NCBI RefSeq assembly: GCF_006345805.1
Contig: NC_043002.1
Span: 90,768,001-90,832,000, forward strand
Direction: 5' to 3'
Length of the DNA: 64,000 nucleotides
DNA from: Octopus sinensis
Lineage: Eukaryota
This document shows, in pieces, positions 38,240 through 48,994 of the stretch. The translations under genes and the position numbers were made by a program. The notes under the pieces were generated by a model, which had not been told where the DNA came from, searched no databases, and saw only the letters and a list, made by a program, of their open reading frames with translations. Each line of letters opens with the position of its first letter. Position 1 is the stretch's first letter.

Positions 38240-38615
38240 ACCACCACCACCAACAACACCACTACCAACACCAATACCACCACCAACACTACCACCACTA
38301 CTACCACCACCACCACCACCACCAACACCACTACCAACACCAATACCACCACCAACACTACCACCACTACTACCACCACCACCACCACCACCAACACCAC
38401 TACCAACACCAATACCACAACCAACACTACCACCACTACTACCACCACCACACCACCACCACCACCACCACCAACACCACTACCAACACCAATACCACCA
38501 CCACACTACCACCACTACTACCACCACCACCACCACCACCAACACCACTACCAACACCAATACCACCACCAACACTACCACCACTACTACCACCACCACC
38601 ATCATCATCATCATC
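38240..38615. repeat. Higher-order (CCA/CTA/CAA) microsatellite with a 69-bp period
   Basis: The translated unit QHHYQHQYHHQHYHHYYHHHHHH (23 codons) recurs three times, then further degenerate units. Confidence 0.85.
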
Positions 38616-39030
38616 ATTTAGCATCTGCCTTCCATACAGGCATGGGTTGAATGATTTAACAGGGGCTGATCTAGTAGAAGACTACCCCAGGCTACTGTGT
38701 TTAGGCATGGTTTTTACGGCTGGATGCTCTTCCTAACTCCAACCACTCTGCAGAGTGGACTGAGTGCTTTTTACATGACACCAGCACAAGCGAGGTCAGT
38801 TTTGGCATGGTTTTTACAGCTGGATGTCCTTCCAAATGCCAACCACTTCAGTGTGGACTTGATACTTTTTACATGGCTACATGGCACTGGCACCAGTAGG
38901 GCCATCAAGTAACTTACAAGACAAGGAATTTTGAGAGGGGATGGAGAATTGGAGGAGGTGATCTTGTGTCAGACAATGAAAGGTTAGAGTCTGACAGAGA
39001 GACAAAGAGGCGGAAACAGGTGTCTTGCTA
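38615..39030 (-). mobile_element. Family D element, diverged, with a 5' extension
   Basis: catcatcatttagcatc...gctggatgctcttcctaac... reverse complement of family D. Confidence 0.6.
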
Positions 39031-41114
39031 AATTAATAATTATTTCTAATGTCAAAGCAGAATGCTGAAGAGAGTAATAGTTGCTTTAAGGTCTCTAACT
39101 AAGATAATGACAACATTGCTATCATTACTGCAGAATGAAGTAGTGAGTTACTTTATGGTTTATATGCAGCATGCTACTTGTAATAACAAGACCATTGCTA
39201 TTAACATAGCAGAATGAACGAAACAATTTCTTTAGGGTCTTTAACCAAGGAATTGCACACTGTAATGATGTCAACATCACTAGGTTTACTTTAAGGCTTA
39301 TAAGGTTTATTTAAGGCTTATATCTAGCATGTTATTTGTGATAATAGGGCCATTGCTGTTTTAATTTCTCGACCAGTCAATGCATTGTGTTCTGTTTACT
39401 CCATATGTTTCCTCTTGTTCTGTTTACTCCTGTTCTGTTTAGAATAGACTAAACACAACAGAAGGAAACATGTGGATAAAAGAGTTACTGAAGAGGTCAC
39501 AGATGTGTGATGAAAGAGTAAAACACTTCATTTTATGTTACGCTGGTCCATTCAGCTGGTAAAAATTAGTAATCCTGCGATGGACCAGTGCCCCATCCAG
39601 GGAAGAATGTATTCATCAGAGAAATAGGGAAACCGGCCCTATACCCCTTACAGAGTAATGTGGTGAAGTATCAGGGCTCAGTGATCTAAACAATTACTTT
39701 AAGGTATATTTCTGATAGGTTACTGCCAATAATATGCTCAATGTTAATTCCGGCAAGGTTGACTTTGCTTTTCATTCTTTCAGGGTCGATAAATAAAGTA
39801 CCAGTTGTGTATTGCAGTCGATCTAATTGACTGGTCCCCTCCCCCAAAATTTCAGGCCTTGTGTCCAGAGTAGGAAAGAATGTGCTCAATATTTATGTCA
39901 GGGCACCGTGAGTGACGTAGATATCTACTTTAGAGTCTATATTCAATAAGTCACAGCTGATAGCAAAGCCATTGCTATTTTCATGGCTGACTGTTGGTTA
40001 TTTAGGCCTGTGACTTATAAGATACTGTATCAATGACAAGTTATCGCCATAGTGACAGTAGCAGAGTGATAAGGATAGAACATCTGTTGAAGTGTTTTTT
40101 AATTTTGAGTTTACATGCTGTAATAACTAGGCCATTTGTCTTGTCATTGCAGATGTCTGCAAACATAATGTCAATTACCTCAAGATATTTTAGCAACAGG
40201 TTATTGGCCTAATGATGAGACATGTGGATTTGGAATATTTTATTGCTGTTGAAAATTATCTTTGTTTCTCAAAGAACACTTGCATTGTTTTGATGTGTTT
40301 TTGCAGTCATATCCTCTTAATATAGTCTTTGTACTTCATTCCGGGAGATGTGGTTATATATGTAGTCTATGCCATTCCCAGTTGTGACATTTCAATTCTT
40401 TTTATTGTCATACACAGTATATCTAGGAGTACAGGAACCAATGCATTCACCTTTTTGTAGGCATGACTGTGTGGTTAAGAATCTTGCTTTGCAACTATGT
40501 GGTTTTTGGTTCAGTCCTACAGCATGACACCTTGGGCATCTGTCTTCTATGGTCAACCAATACTTTATGAGTGAATTAGGAAGATGGAAACTGTGTGTGT
40601 GCATGCATGTGTGTTTGTCTGTGTTTTTGTTCTCCACCACCACTACCATCGCTAGCAACCACTGTTGGTTTGTTTACATCCTTGTAATTTAGCAGTTCAG
40701 CAAGAGAGAGACTGATAGAATAAGTACTGGAGACTGATAAAACAACTACTTGTGTTAGTTTGTTCAACAAGCATGGCTGTAATCCAATGATCAAAATAAG
40801 CAAAAGATAAAAAAAAATAAAGTAGGATATGATATGAGAGGTGTTTAGCTGCTATTTCTCGGGTGTTAAACAACAGCAAAGAATATTTTTTAGTAATATA
40901 TAACACATTTAATTAGACTGAAACCAGAGTTGTTCTTAATCAACAAAATCTGATTCTCATTATGTTCTTGTAGCAGAAATGACAATTCATATTCTTAACA
41001 TTTTGGTATTCATCGTTAATAAAGATAACATTTGGGTTATTTTGATCAGTTTACTCAAAGAAACTAGGAAATATCTTCAATGTGTTTTGAGCGCTTATTT
41101 TTTATCTTTTATTT

Positions 41115-41480
41115 GTTACTTGTTTCAGTCATGAGACTGTGGCCATGCTGGAGCACCACCTTGAAGAATTTTTTGTTAGTTGAATGAATCAACCCCAGGA
41201 CTTATTATTTTTCTTAAGCCTGGTACTTATTCTATCAGTGTCTTTTGACAAACCGCTAAGTTATGAGGACATAAACTAAACACAACACCATTGGTTGTCC
41301 AGCAGTAGTGAGAGACAAACACAGACACATGCACACATATATATGCACATGCATGCATATGCACACACACACACATATCATAGACTTCTTCCAGTTTCCA
41401 TCTACCAAATCACACGCAAGGCTATTGTAGAACACCTTTGCCCAAGGTGCCATGCAGTGGGACTGAACCCAGAACCATAT
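41115..41480 (-). mobile_element. SINE family A, diverged
   Basis: Family A reverse complement. Confidence 0.7.
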
Positions 41481-41799
41481 AGTTGGGAAAACCTGAGCTC
41501 TTCTTGTAATTCCTTTTCGTAAAGTAGCTAGTTAAGCCCACTCTGCTTTGTAAAGAAGTAGCCTCTATGTGGTTGTTCAGTCTGCTAGAAATAACATCCA
41601 AATCACTTTCATATCACACTCTGCCATATTAAAGAAGGAAGGATATATTTGCTGATGATCAGGTATGGCTGTGCAGCAAATTGAACAAAAATCTTGTATT
41701 ATATCCCCAGACCAAGCAATGCTTTCTGAGTGAATTTGCTATACAGAAGCAACTATGTGGAAGCTTGTTGTGTGTGTGTGTGTGTGTGTGGTGTGTGTG

Positions 41800-42090
41800 T
41801 GTATGAGACCTTTGGTGATATGCCATGCTCGAGAAGACTCACCAAGCCAAGTGAAATTGTAGTTGTGGCTGAAGCCCAGTGTTACATAACTGGCACCCAT
41901 GCTGGTGGCATGTAAAAAGCACCTACTACAATCTTGGAGTGGTTGGCATTAGGAAGAGCATCCAGCTGTAGAAACTGCCAAATCAGATAGGAACCTGGTG
42001 CAGCTCTCCAGCTTGCCAGTTTCAGTCAAGCCGTCTAACCCATGCCAGCATGGAAAGCAGATGTTAAATGATGATGACGATGATGATGAT
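41800..42090 (+). mobile_element. Family D element
   Basis: ggcacccatgctggtggcatgtaaaaagcacc unit, family D body and (GAT)n tail. Confidence 0.7.
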
Positions 42091-42641
42091 GGTCACACAC
42101 ACACACACACACACATGCAAACACACACACACAAGGAAAGGAAATGACACAGGATAAACAGGTTATGTTATGAACTTCATTAGCTTACAGTTGTTTCTGC
42201 TATAAGATGCAGTGGACTCATTGTTGTCAAATGTGTCTGGAAATTTGAAATACATGTATTTAGATGAAGCATAATTAAACTGGAGATTTAGTTACAAAAT
42301 GTTTTTTATTATAGCATCATAGATTATATAACTTTTACACATGTTTCACTAGCACATACTAGTATCTCTGTGGTGGTTGTTATATAGGCAGTTGCATAAA
42401 CACCCAATAATATCAGATCATTAGACTAACAATTACCTCATAGTACACTAATAAACACTAGTGAAACACAAAGATAATGTAATTTATGGTGTTATAATAA
42501 AAAAAATTTAAAGTTTTATTCTGCTTAAATATAAATTCAGAACTGGAGGAATCTATTGAGGATCCAGGTCAATAACAAGTAAATAATTCAAAGGAAATCT
42601 GGTGGTAAAAGAAAGATAAAAATAAATGTAATGTAAATATA

Positions 42642-43070
42642 GGCGCAGGAGTGGCTATATAGGCGCAGGAGTGGCTGTGTGGTAAGTAGCTTGCTTACCA
42701 ACCACATGGTTCCGGGTTCAGTCCCACTGCGTGACATCTTGGGCAAGTGTCTTCTGCTATAGCCCCGGGCCGACCAATGCCTTGTGAGTGGATTTGGTAG
42801 ATGGAAACTGAAAGAAGCCTGTCATATATATGTATGTGTGTGTATATGTTTGTGTGTTGTGTTTGTCCCCCAAGCATTGCTTGACAACCGATGCTGGTGT
42901 GTTTACGTCCCCGTCACTTAGCGGTTCGGCAAAAGAGACCGATAGAATAAGTACTGGGCTTACAAAGAATAAGTCCCGGGGTCGATTTGCTTGACTAAAG
43001 GCGGTGCTCCAGCATGGCCACAGTCAAATGACTGAAACAAGTAAAAGAGTAAAAGAGTAAAGAGGGAGAG
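42642..43070 (+). mobile_element. SINE family A, young, duplicated 5' end
   Basis: 10-bp TSD tgtaaatata (42632-41 / 43071-80). Confidence 0.9.
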
Positions 43071-43170
43071 TGTAAATATAGTTACCACTAGGAAAGTAAA
43101 TTATTGATCTTTTGGGCTCAAGCTTTTGATCAAGTTTGACAAAAGGGAATGTTCTGTGTACAGTTCTACA

Positions 43171-43475
43171 GTGGAGGCACATGGCCTAGTGGTTAGAGCA
43201 GTGGAGTCGTGGTCGAGGGACCGTGGGTTCGAATCTCAGACTAGGCAATGTGTGCGTTTATGGGTGAAACACCTAAGCTCCATGCAGCTCCGGCAGAAAG
43301 TAATGGCGAACTTCTGCTGACTCTTCTGCCACAACTTTCTCTCACTCTTTCCTCCTGCATCTTGCAGCTCATCTGCGACGGACCGGTGTCCCGTCCAGGT
43401 GAGGAAACTATACGCAAAGGAACTGGGAAACTGGCCCTTATGTGCCAGGCATGGCTTGAGAAGGAACAAACGCTA
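43171..43475 (+). mobile_element. SINE family B, head-1/tail-1
   Basis: Near-identical to 19966-20275 and 61961-62263. Confidence 0.85.
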
Positions 43476-43514
43476 ACAGTTCTACAGGAATCATAGTATT
43501 AGTGGATGAATGGA

Positions 43515-43832
43515 GTGGGTAGATGAATGACCATAGGATTGCACCTAGAAAGTTCCCTCCGAGGCACAAGTCCAGGCAAGGTTATTTATGAAAGACCAGA
43601 AGTTGCCCATGCATACCAGCCCTTCATCTCCATGCCACCGATGTTATCCAAAGGAAAAGCAAAGGCCAATATAGCTTGGAACCAATGACGCCGCAATTCC
43701 TTTCTACAGCTGAGTGAACTGGAGCAAAATGAAATAAAGTGTCTTGTTCAAGAGCGCAACACACAGCCTGGTTCAGAAATCAAACTCACTACCTCATGAT
43801 TGTGAACCCAATGCTCTAACCACTGAGCCATA
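43515..43832 (-). mobile_element. SINE family B, head-2/tail-4
   Basis: Reverse complement of 51258-51597. Confidence 0.75.
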
Positions 43833-43944
43833 CCCTTTTAGTGGGTAGATTAGATAGGTGTATATATTTTGTATGATACTGGATGATGGGCAGAAATGTT
43901 GAATAGGAGTAAAACAAAATACTGACTTCATGTAAACATTACCT

Positions 43945-44077
43945 GATGTGTGTATGTATGTATGTATGTATGTATGTATGTATGTATGTATGTATGTATG
44001 TATGTATGTATGTATATGTATGTATGTATGTATGTATATATATATATATATACATATATATAATATATATATATATA

Positions 44078-44150
<73 letters not shown>

Positions 44151-44169
44151 ATAATATATATATATATAT

Positions 44170-44237
<68 letters not shown>

Positions 44238-44245
44238 CATATATA

Positions 44246-44278
<33 letters not shown>

Positions 44279-44282
44279 CATA
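43945..44282. repeat. (TATG)n-(TA)n compound microsatellite
   Basis: Direct inspection; source of the YI/MYVC ORFs. Confidence 0.95.
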
Positions 44283-44354
44283 CCGGAGTAAACACATAAA
44301 TGTGAAACAAGGTGGAAAAAAAGAGTACTCAAATACCAGTGGTAGAGTAATATG

Positions 44355-44498
44355 CTTTATTTAAAGCAGCAGAAAATTCTACAAAACCTGTTACTCTGAG
44401 TTTCGCGTTGCCGTTCATCAGACAGTTTTGTCCGATGAACGGCAACGCGAAACTCAGAGTAACAGGTTTTGTAGAATTTTCTGCTACTTTAAATAAAG
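44355..44498. repeat. Near-perfect 144-bp palindrome of a Penelope-like terminal repeat
   Basis: 70-bp arms (44355-44424 / 44429-44498), 4-nt loop, two mismatches. Confidence 0.92.
44388..44425 (-). ncRNA. Minimal type-I hammerhead ribozyme (Penelope type), apparently intact
   Basis: 5'-CUGU CUGAUGA ACG-GCAA-CGC GAAA CUCAGA GUA^ACAG-3': both core boxes, stem I CUGU/ACAG, GNRA-capped short stem II, self-complementary stem III ACUC-A-GAGU, GUA triplet. Confidence 0.75.
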
Positions 44499-44796
44499 TA
44501 TATATATATATATATATATATATGATATATATGTGTATGATATAATATATTTGGTTAAAGAGAGATGGAAGATGGAATATACAAGAATGTTTGTTAATCA
44601 CTACAATTTTTTCAACAACCTCTAGCATCTCTCTTTAATCAAATACATAACACATATTGTGAAAGTGATGGTGCTTTACCAGTAAACTACCAGGTTTAAA
44701 CTGCTTGTTTTCCTATCTAATTACTATGATATAATATATACGTGTGTGTGTATATATATTTAAATGTATTTTTCTCCTTTTATTATCATTCTACAG

Positions 44797-44885
44797 TAAT
44801 AAATAAAGTCGTCAAAAGACAAGCAAGCAGTTATCTATTAGACCAAGTGGACTCAAAAGCTATCGTACGAGGATGGTTGACAAAG
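44797..44885 (+). CDS. PLEKHH1/PLEKHH2: PH1-PH2 linker and start of PH2 (LINKVVKRQASSYLLDQVDSKAIVRGWLTK)
   Basis: ctacag acceptor, gtaggt donor; phase 1 to 0 (T+TA=Leu); GWLTK motif of PH2. Confidence 0.93.
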
Positions 44886-45456
44886 GTAGGTTTTTTATTT
44901 TTCACATTTACCAAAAGAAATATCATGAAGCATAGTGGAAACAGCTGTGAAATGACTGCTCCTTTTTTTTCCGATTCTTTAAACTACATGAGACTAACAC
45001 AAATATCGCTACATTCTATTTCCATTTTCCCCACAAATGCTTGTTCTTTTGCTTGGGTAAGTTACCAGTAATGTCCTGTTAATTAGGATAGTCAGATAAC
45101 AATGTCATGTCAGAACTATGCATATGCATATTATCATGAGTGGCTGAACAATTTATATTTCATTTCATTCCTCTATAAGTTCAAATACTTTGTTTCTTGT
45201 TTTGCAGGGATTGTTAAAATGCATACCAGTAATACACTAAAATCAGTACAATTTACTGTGTCACTCTTAAAATTTACTGTGTCACTATTAGCCACATATC
45301 TACTGAAAATAAATATTATTTATCATGAAAGTAGCTCAATGTATTCTCTTATTTACTGTTTTACTGCAGAGACTTTCTCAGGTTTACCTTGATTGTGTGG
45401 ACCTATTATGAAAGACATCTCAGCCTTGACTATCCTCTCTTTTTAGAGGTTATTAA

Positions 45457-45658
45457 CCCTTTAGTATTTAAACTGGCCATATCCGGCCAAAATAGTTTAT
45501 CTGTTTTATGTTCAAACTGACCAGATCCAGGCCCTCACACCTGCTCTACAATGTTATTCTACATGAAGTAATTACACCATCAAGATCTTGATGCTTAATT
45601 CAAATCAATGGGAATCAATAAGCATTATGTTTGATAGAATAATCTGAACACTAAAGGG
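45457..45658. mobile_element. piggyBac-like MITE family G
   Basis: TTAA|CCCTTTAG...CTAAAGGG|TTAA. Confidence 0.85.
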
Positions 45659-45762
45659 TTAATCCAATCTTGTGTTAATCAAAATTTCCTTCCTTGTTGA
45701 AGTTGGTAGTGTTTGAGTTGAGGAGTATCTGGTTGTTATTTCTAGCAGACTGAGCAACCACA

Positions 45763-45969
45763 TACAAGGCGGGTACTGAAAAGTTTCTGGCTTTAAGGGT
45801 ATCATGAATGGCCTGGTTGAGTTTTTTTGCAGGGCTTAGAAAAAACTGAAAGACCGCTGCAATAAGTGTGTGAATCTGAGAGGGGAATATGTTGGATAGA
45901 ATCATAATTAACTGATCCTCCTGTATTTTCTTATACCCAAAGCCAGGATCTTTTCAACACCCTCTCGTA
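45763..45969. mobile_element. Tc1/mariner MITE
   Basis: TA-flanked imperfect TIRs (tacaaggcgggtactgaaaagtttctggcttt / aaagccaggatcttttcaacaccctctcgta); homologous to 53270-53632. Confidence 0.75.
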
Positions 45970-46050
45970 GATAGTCTCTCATTGACTTAATCTAACGGCT
46001 GTTGTTCTCAATGTCATTGTTGTTTAACCTTCCTTCTTCTGCTATTTCAG

Positions 46051-46131
46051 GTTAAGAATGGTATGACTAGACGTTGTTGGTGTATCCTGCTGGGTCGATA
46101 TTTCCTTTACTACAAGACTCCCACAGATAAG
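46051..46131 (+). CDS. PLEKHH1/PLEKHH2: PH domain 2 exon (VKNGMTRRCWCILLGRYFLYYKTPTDK)
   Basis: tatttcag acceptor, gtcagt donor; 81 nt, phase 0/0. Confidence 0.93.
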
Positions 46132-46364
46132 GTCAGTATAAATTCAACAGCTTAGTCCTCTCCTGTCTAGTACCAGTTACAACATGCCCCTGTTATATGG
46201 TTTTTACCTGTCGTCACTTTTACTATAAAAAGTGACATTGTATTTCGTGAGAAAAATATAACTTAACAAGATCAATGTGCAAAATTAACCAAAGTTCAAA
46301 ATCCAAATCTATTGTGAGCTGACAGAATTGATAGCATGATGGGCAAAATGCTTAATGGCAATAA

Positions 46365-46633
46365 CAACACTGAACACCTTTTTGATCTCCATGTGTCTAA
46401 CACACGTGGACATGCCCACAAAGTCAGAAAACAACACAGCTCCCATGACTTTCGGAAACATTTCTTCACACTCAGAGTTGCTGAAGCATGGAATAAACTG
46501 CCTGCGTCAGTTGTTGACTGCCATGACACTGCATCCTTTAAGGCCCTCATGCTTTCCGAAATCCGTCGAAACTACACCTGATTATATATACACTTTCGAT
46601 GAGTTGTAGTGCACCTGAGCACTGTACACAATG

Positions 46634-46665
<32 letters not shown>
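46365..46665 (+). mobile_element. CR1 LINE 3' end
   Basis: SNTRGHAHKVRK...RKHFFTLRVAEAWNKLPASVV...SFK (CR1 ORF2 C-terminus); (TTA)n tail. Confidence 0.88.
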
Positions 46666-47452
46666 GTTACAAAGTAACAGTAAATTTAATTGGATGACTT
46701 CTCTTCAGAAATGAATGGCATTGTGTGAATGCTATCATTAATGCAATGGACAGAATGCATAGCAACATTTCTTCCAGTTCTGTATGTTCTGAGTTCAAAT
46801 TCCACTGATGTCAATTTTACCTTTCATCCTTTTGGGGGTCAATAAAATAATTACCAGGTGAATACTGGGGTCGATGTAATTGACTGACACCCTCACCTGA
46901 ACTTGCCTCATGCCAAAGAGAAATTAGCCTTTTGTCTGATTGGAGTTCGTAAAACAAAGTAATAGTCACAGCCTGGTGCAAATTTAACTGGATAATTTCT
47001 CCTCACAAATTTACGGCTTTGTGCAAATGCAATCACTAAATCCATGGAGAAAATGCTTGGCAACATTTTTTCCTAGCTCTGTATGTTCTAAGTTCAAATT
47101 CCACTGAGATGGACTTTGCCTTTCAGGGTCAGTAAAATTGGTACCAGTTGAATACTGGGGTTGATGTAAATGACTTACCTTTTCCCTCAAACTTACTGGC
47201 CTTGTGCCAAAATTTGAAACCAATGTCTTATAAGAGAAGCAATTCTTGAACAAATTTTCAAATGAAAATTTTGTAATCCAAGCTTTTCGGTTGGATTTCC
47301 AATAAACTAACAAGAAAAACTTGCTGAACTCTTTAAAGAGTATTTTGATCAATAGATCAATATTTGTTTTATTTTAAATCACTGGCAGCCAAATGTTAGA
47401 CAATCGATAAATACTTTGAACCCTAGTTGTTTCACCAAGTAAGTTGGGCTAA

Positions 47453-47848
47453 TCTTTATATATAAAAGTCAAGTTGTGTGTCTGTCTCCTACGATTTAGA
47501 TTCCTAACTACTCCCACATTTTGTGGTGCAGTTTAACTAAAACCGGGTATCTTATAGTCGTGATTCATATCGAGCCCTTCTGGGTATTAGCGCGCGTCTG
47601 CAATGAGTCTACGATTTAAAAAAAATTTACCATAATTTTTTTCCATTTTAATGCAATTTTTCGCTATTATATAAGGGAAGTAACTCTCTAAAAATGTCTA
47701 TGATGAGTCAACGATTTTAAAAAAATTTACCATCATTTTGTTTCCATTTTTAATGCATTTTTTTGCTAGTTTTTGGTTATAACTCTCTAAAAATGCTTAT
47801 ATAGTTATTTCCCTTACAAACCCAAGCAACGCCGGGCGATACTGCTAG
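47453..47848 (+). mobile_element. Non-autonomous Helitron family E, full length
   Basis: A|TC...hairpin...CTAG|T; near-identical to 17569-17966. Confidence 0.88.
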
Positions 47849-48775
47849 TTATTACTAAAACAATCCTGTTTTATCAACATATATGTGTTACAAAGATAGT
47901 AACAACTATCTTTGACCCTTTTTTTTTTTTTTGTTCTCAGTTCTGTGGAATATCTGACTGTTGCTCTATTGTTCACATTTGCACTTTTCTAAACAGCCCT
48001 AACATTATAAATCCTTGATAATTCTCTTAACCTGTTGAATCTTCTAGATCTTCCAGAAAATGTTTCATTAGTTTATTCTTGGATTATTTCAGTTTTCCCA
48101 TTTCCAATATTTTTGGATTGCTATAAATAGACTGACAGATTTTAAGGGCTATTTGACTCCAAAGAATGCGTTTATGATTGTCCCTTTTTATGCAAATTGG
48201 CATTCAACAACCCCCTTTTAATCCTTGCAGTGCTTCTGTTTATTTGTTTAGAAATTCTATGATGAAATGGTGCTTTGTTTCTGTTCTTTATAAAACTTCA
48301 TGTTCATTATCCTCCTCTTCCTCCTCCTCCTCCCCTCCTCCTCCTCCTCCCCTCCTCCTCCTCCTCATCATCATCATCATCATTTAGCATCTGCTTTCCA
48401 TGCTGGCATGGGCTAGACAGTTTGACTGGAACTGGTGGACCAGAGAGCTGCATCAAGTTCCAGTCTAATTTGGCATAGTTTCTACAGCACGATAGCTTGG
48501 TCTCAGCCAATTTTAGCTTTGGTAGTGCTAGAGTTACCTTTAGCACATCTTAGTACTTTAACACCTTATACTAGTTCTTTTAGAAATCAACTCATGATAA
48601 TAAATTAAGAGTTTGGAAATACAGCAGCTTGTCTGATATTGCTCACTATTCATTGATACCATGCATGCATACACGCATGCACGTACGCAAACTCAAAATG
48701 TAAAGATGGACAAAATACCCCTAATGATTCTGCCAGCTCGCTGCCTTATCTGAAAATAAATATCAATTACTTTAA

Positions 48776-48994
48776 CCCTTTAGTGTTCAGATTATTCTAT
48801 CAAACATAATACCTATTGATTCCCATTGATTTGAATTAATCATGCATTATTTCATATCTTCAAGATCTTGATGGTGCAATTACTTAATGTAGAATAACAT
48901 TGTAGAGTAGGTGTGAGGGCCTGGATCTGGTCAGTTTGAACATAAAACAGATTAAATATTTTGGCCGGATATGGCCGGTTTAAATACTAAAGGG
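48776..48994. mobile_element. piggyBac-like MITE family G, inverted relative to 45457-45658
   Basis: TTAA|CCCTTTAG...CTAAAGGG|TTAA. Confidence 0.85.
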
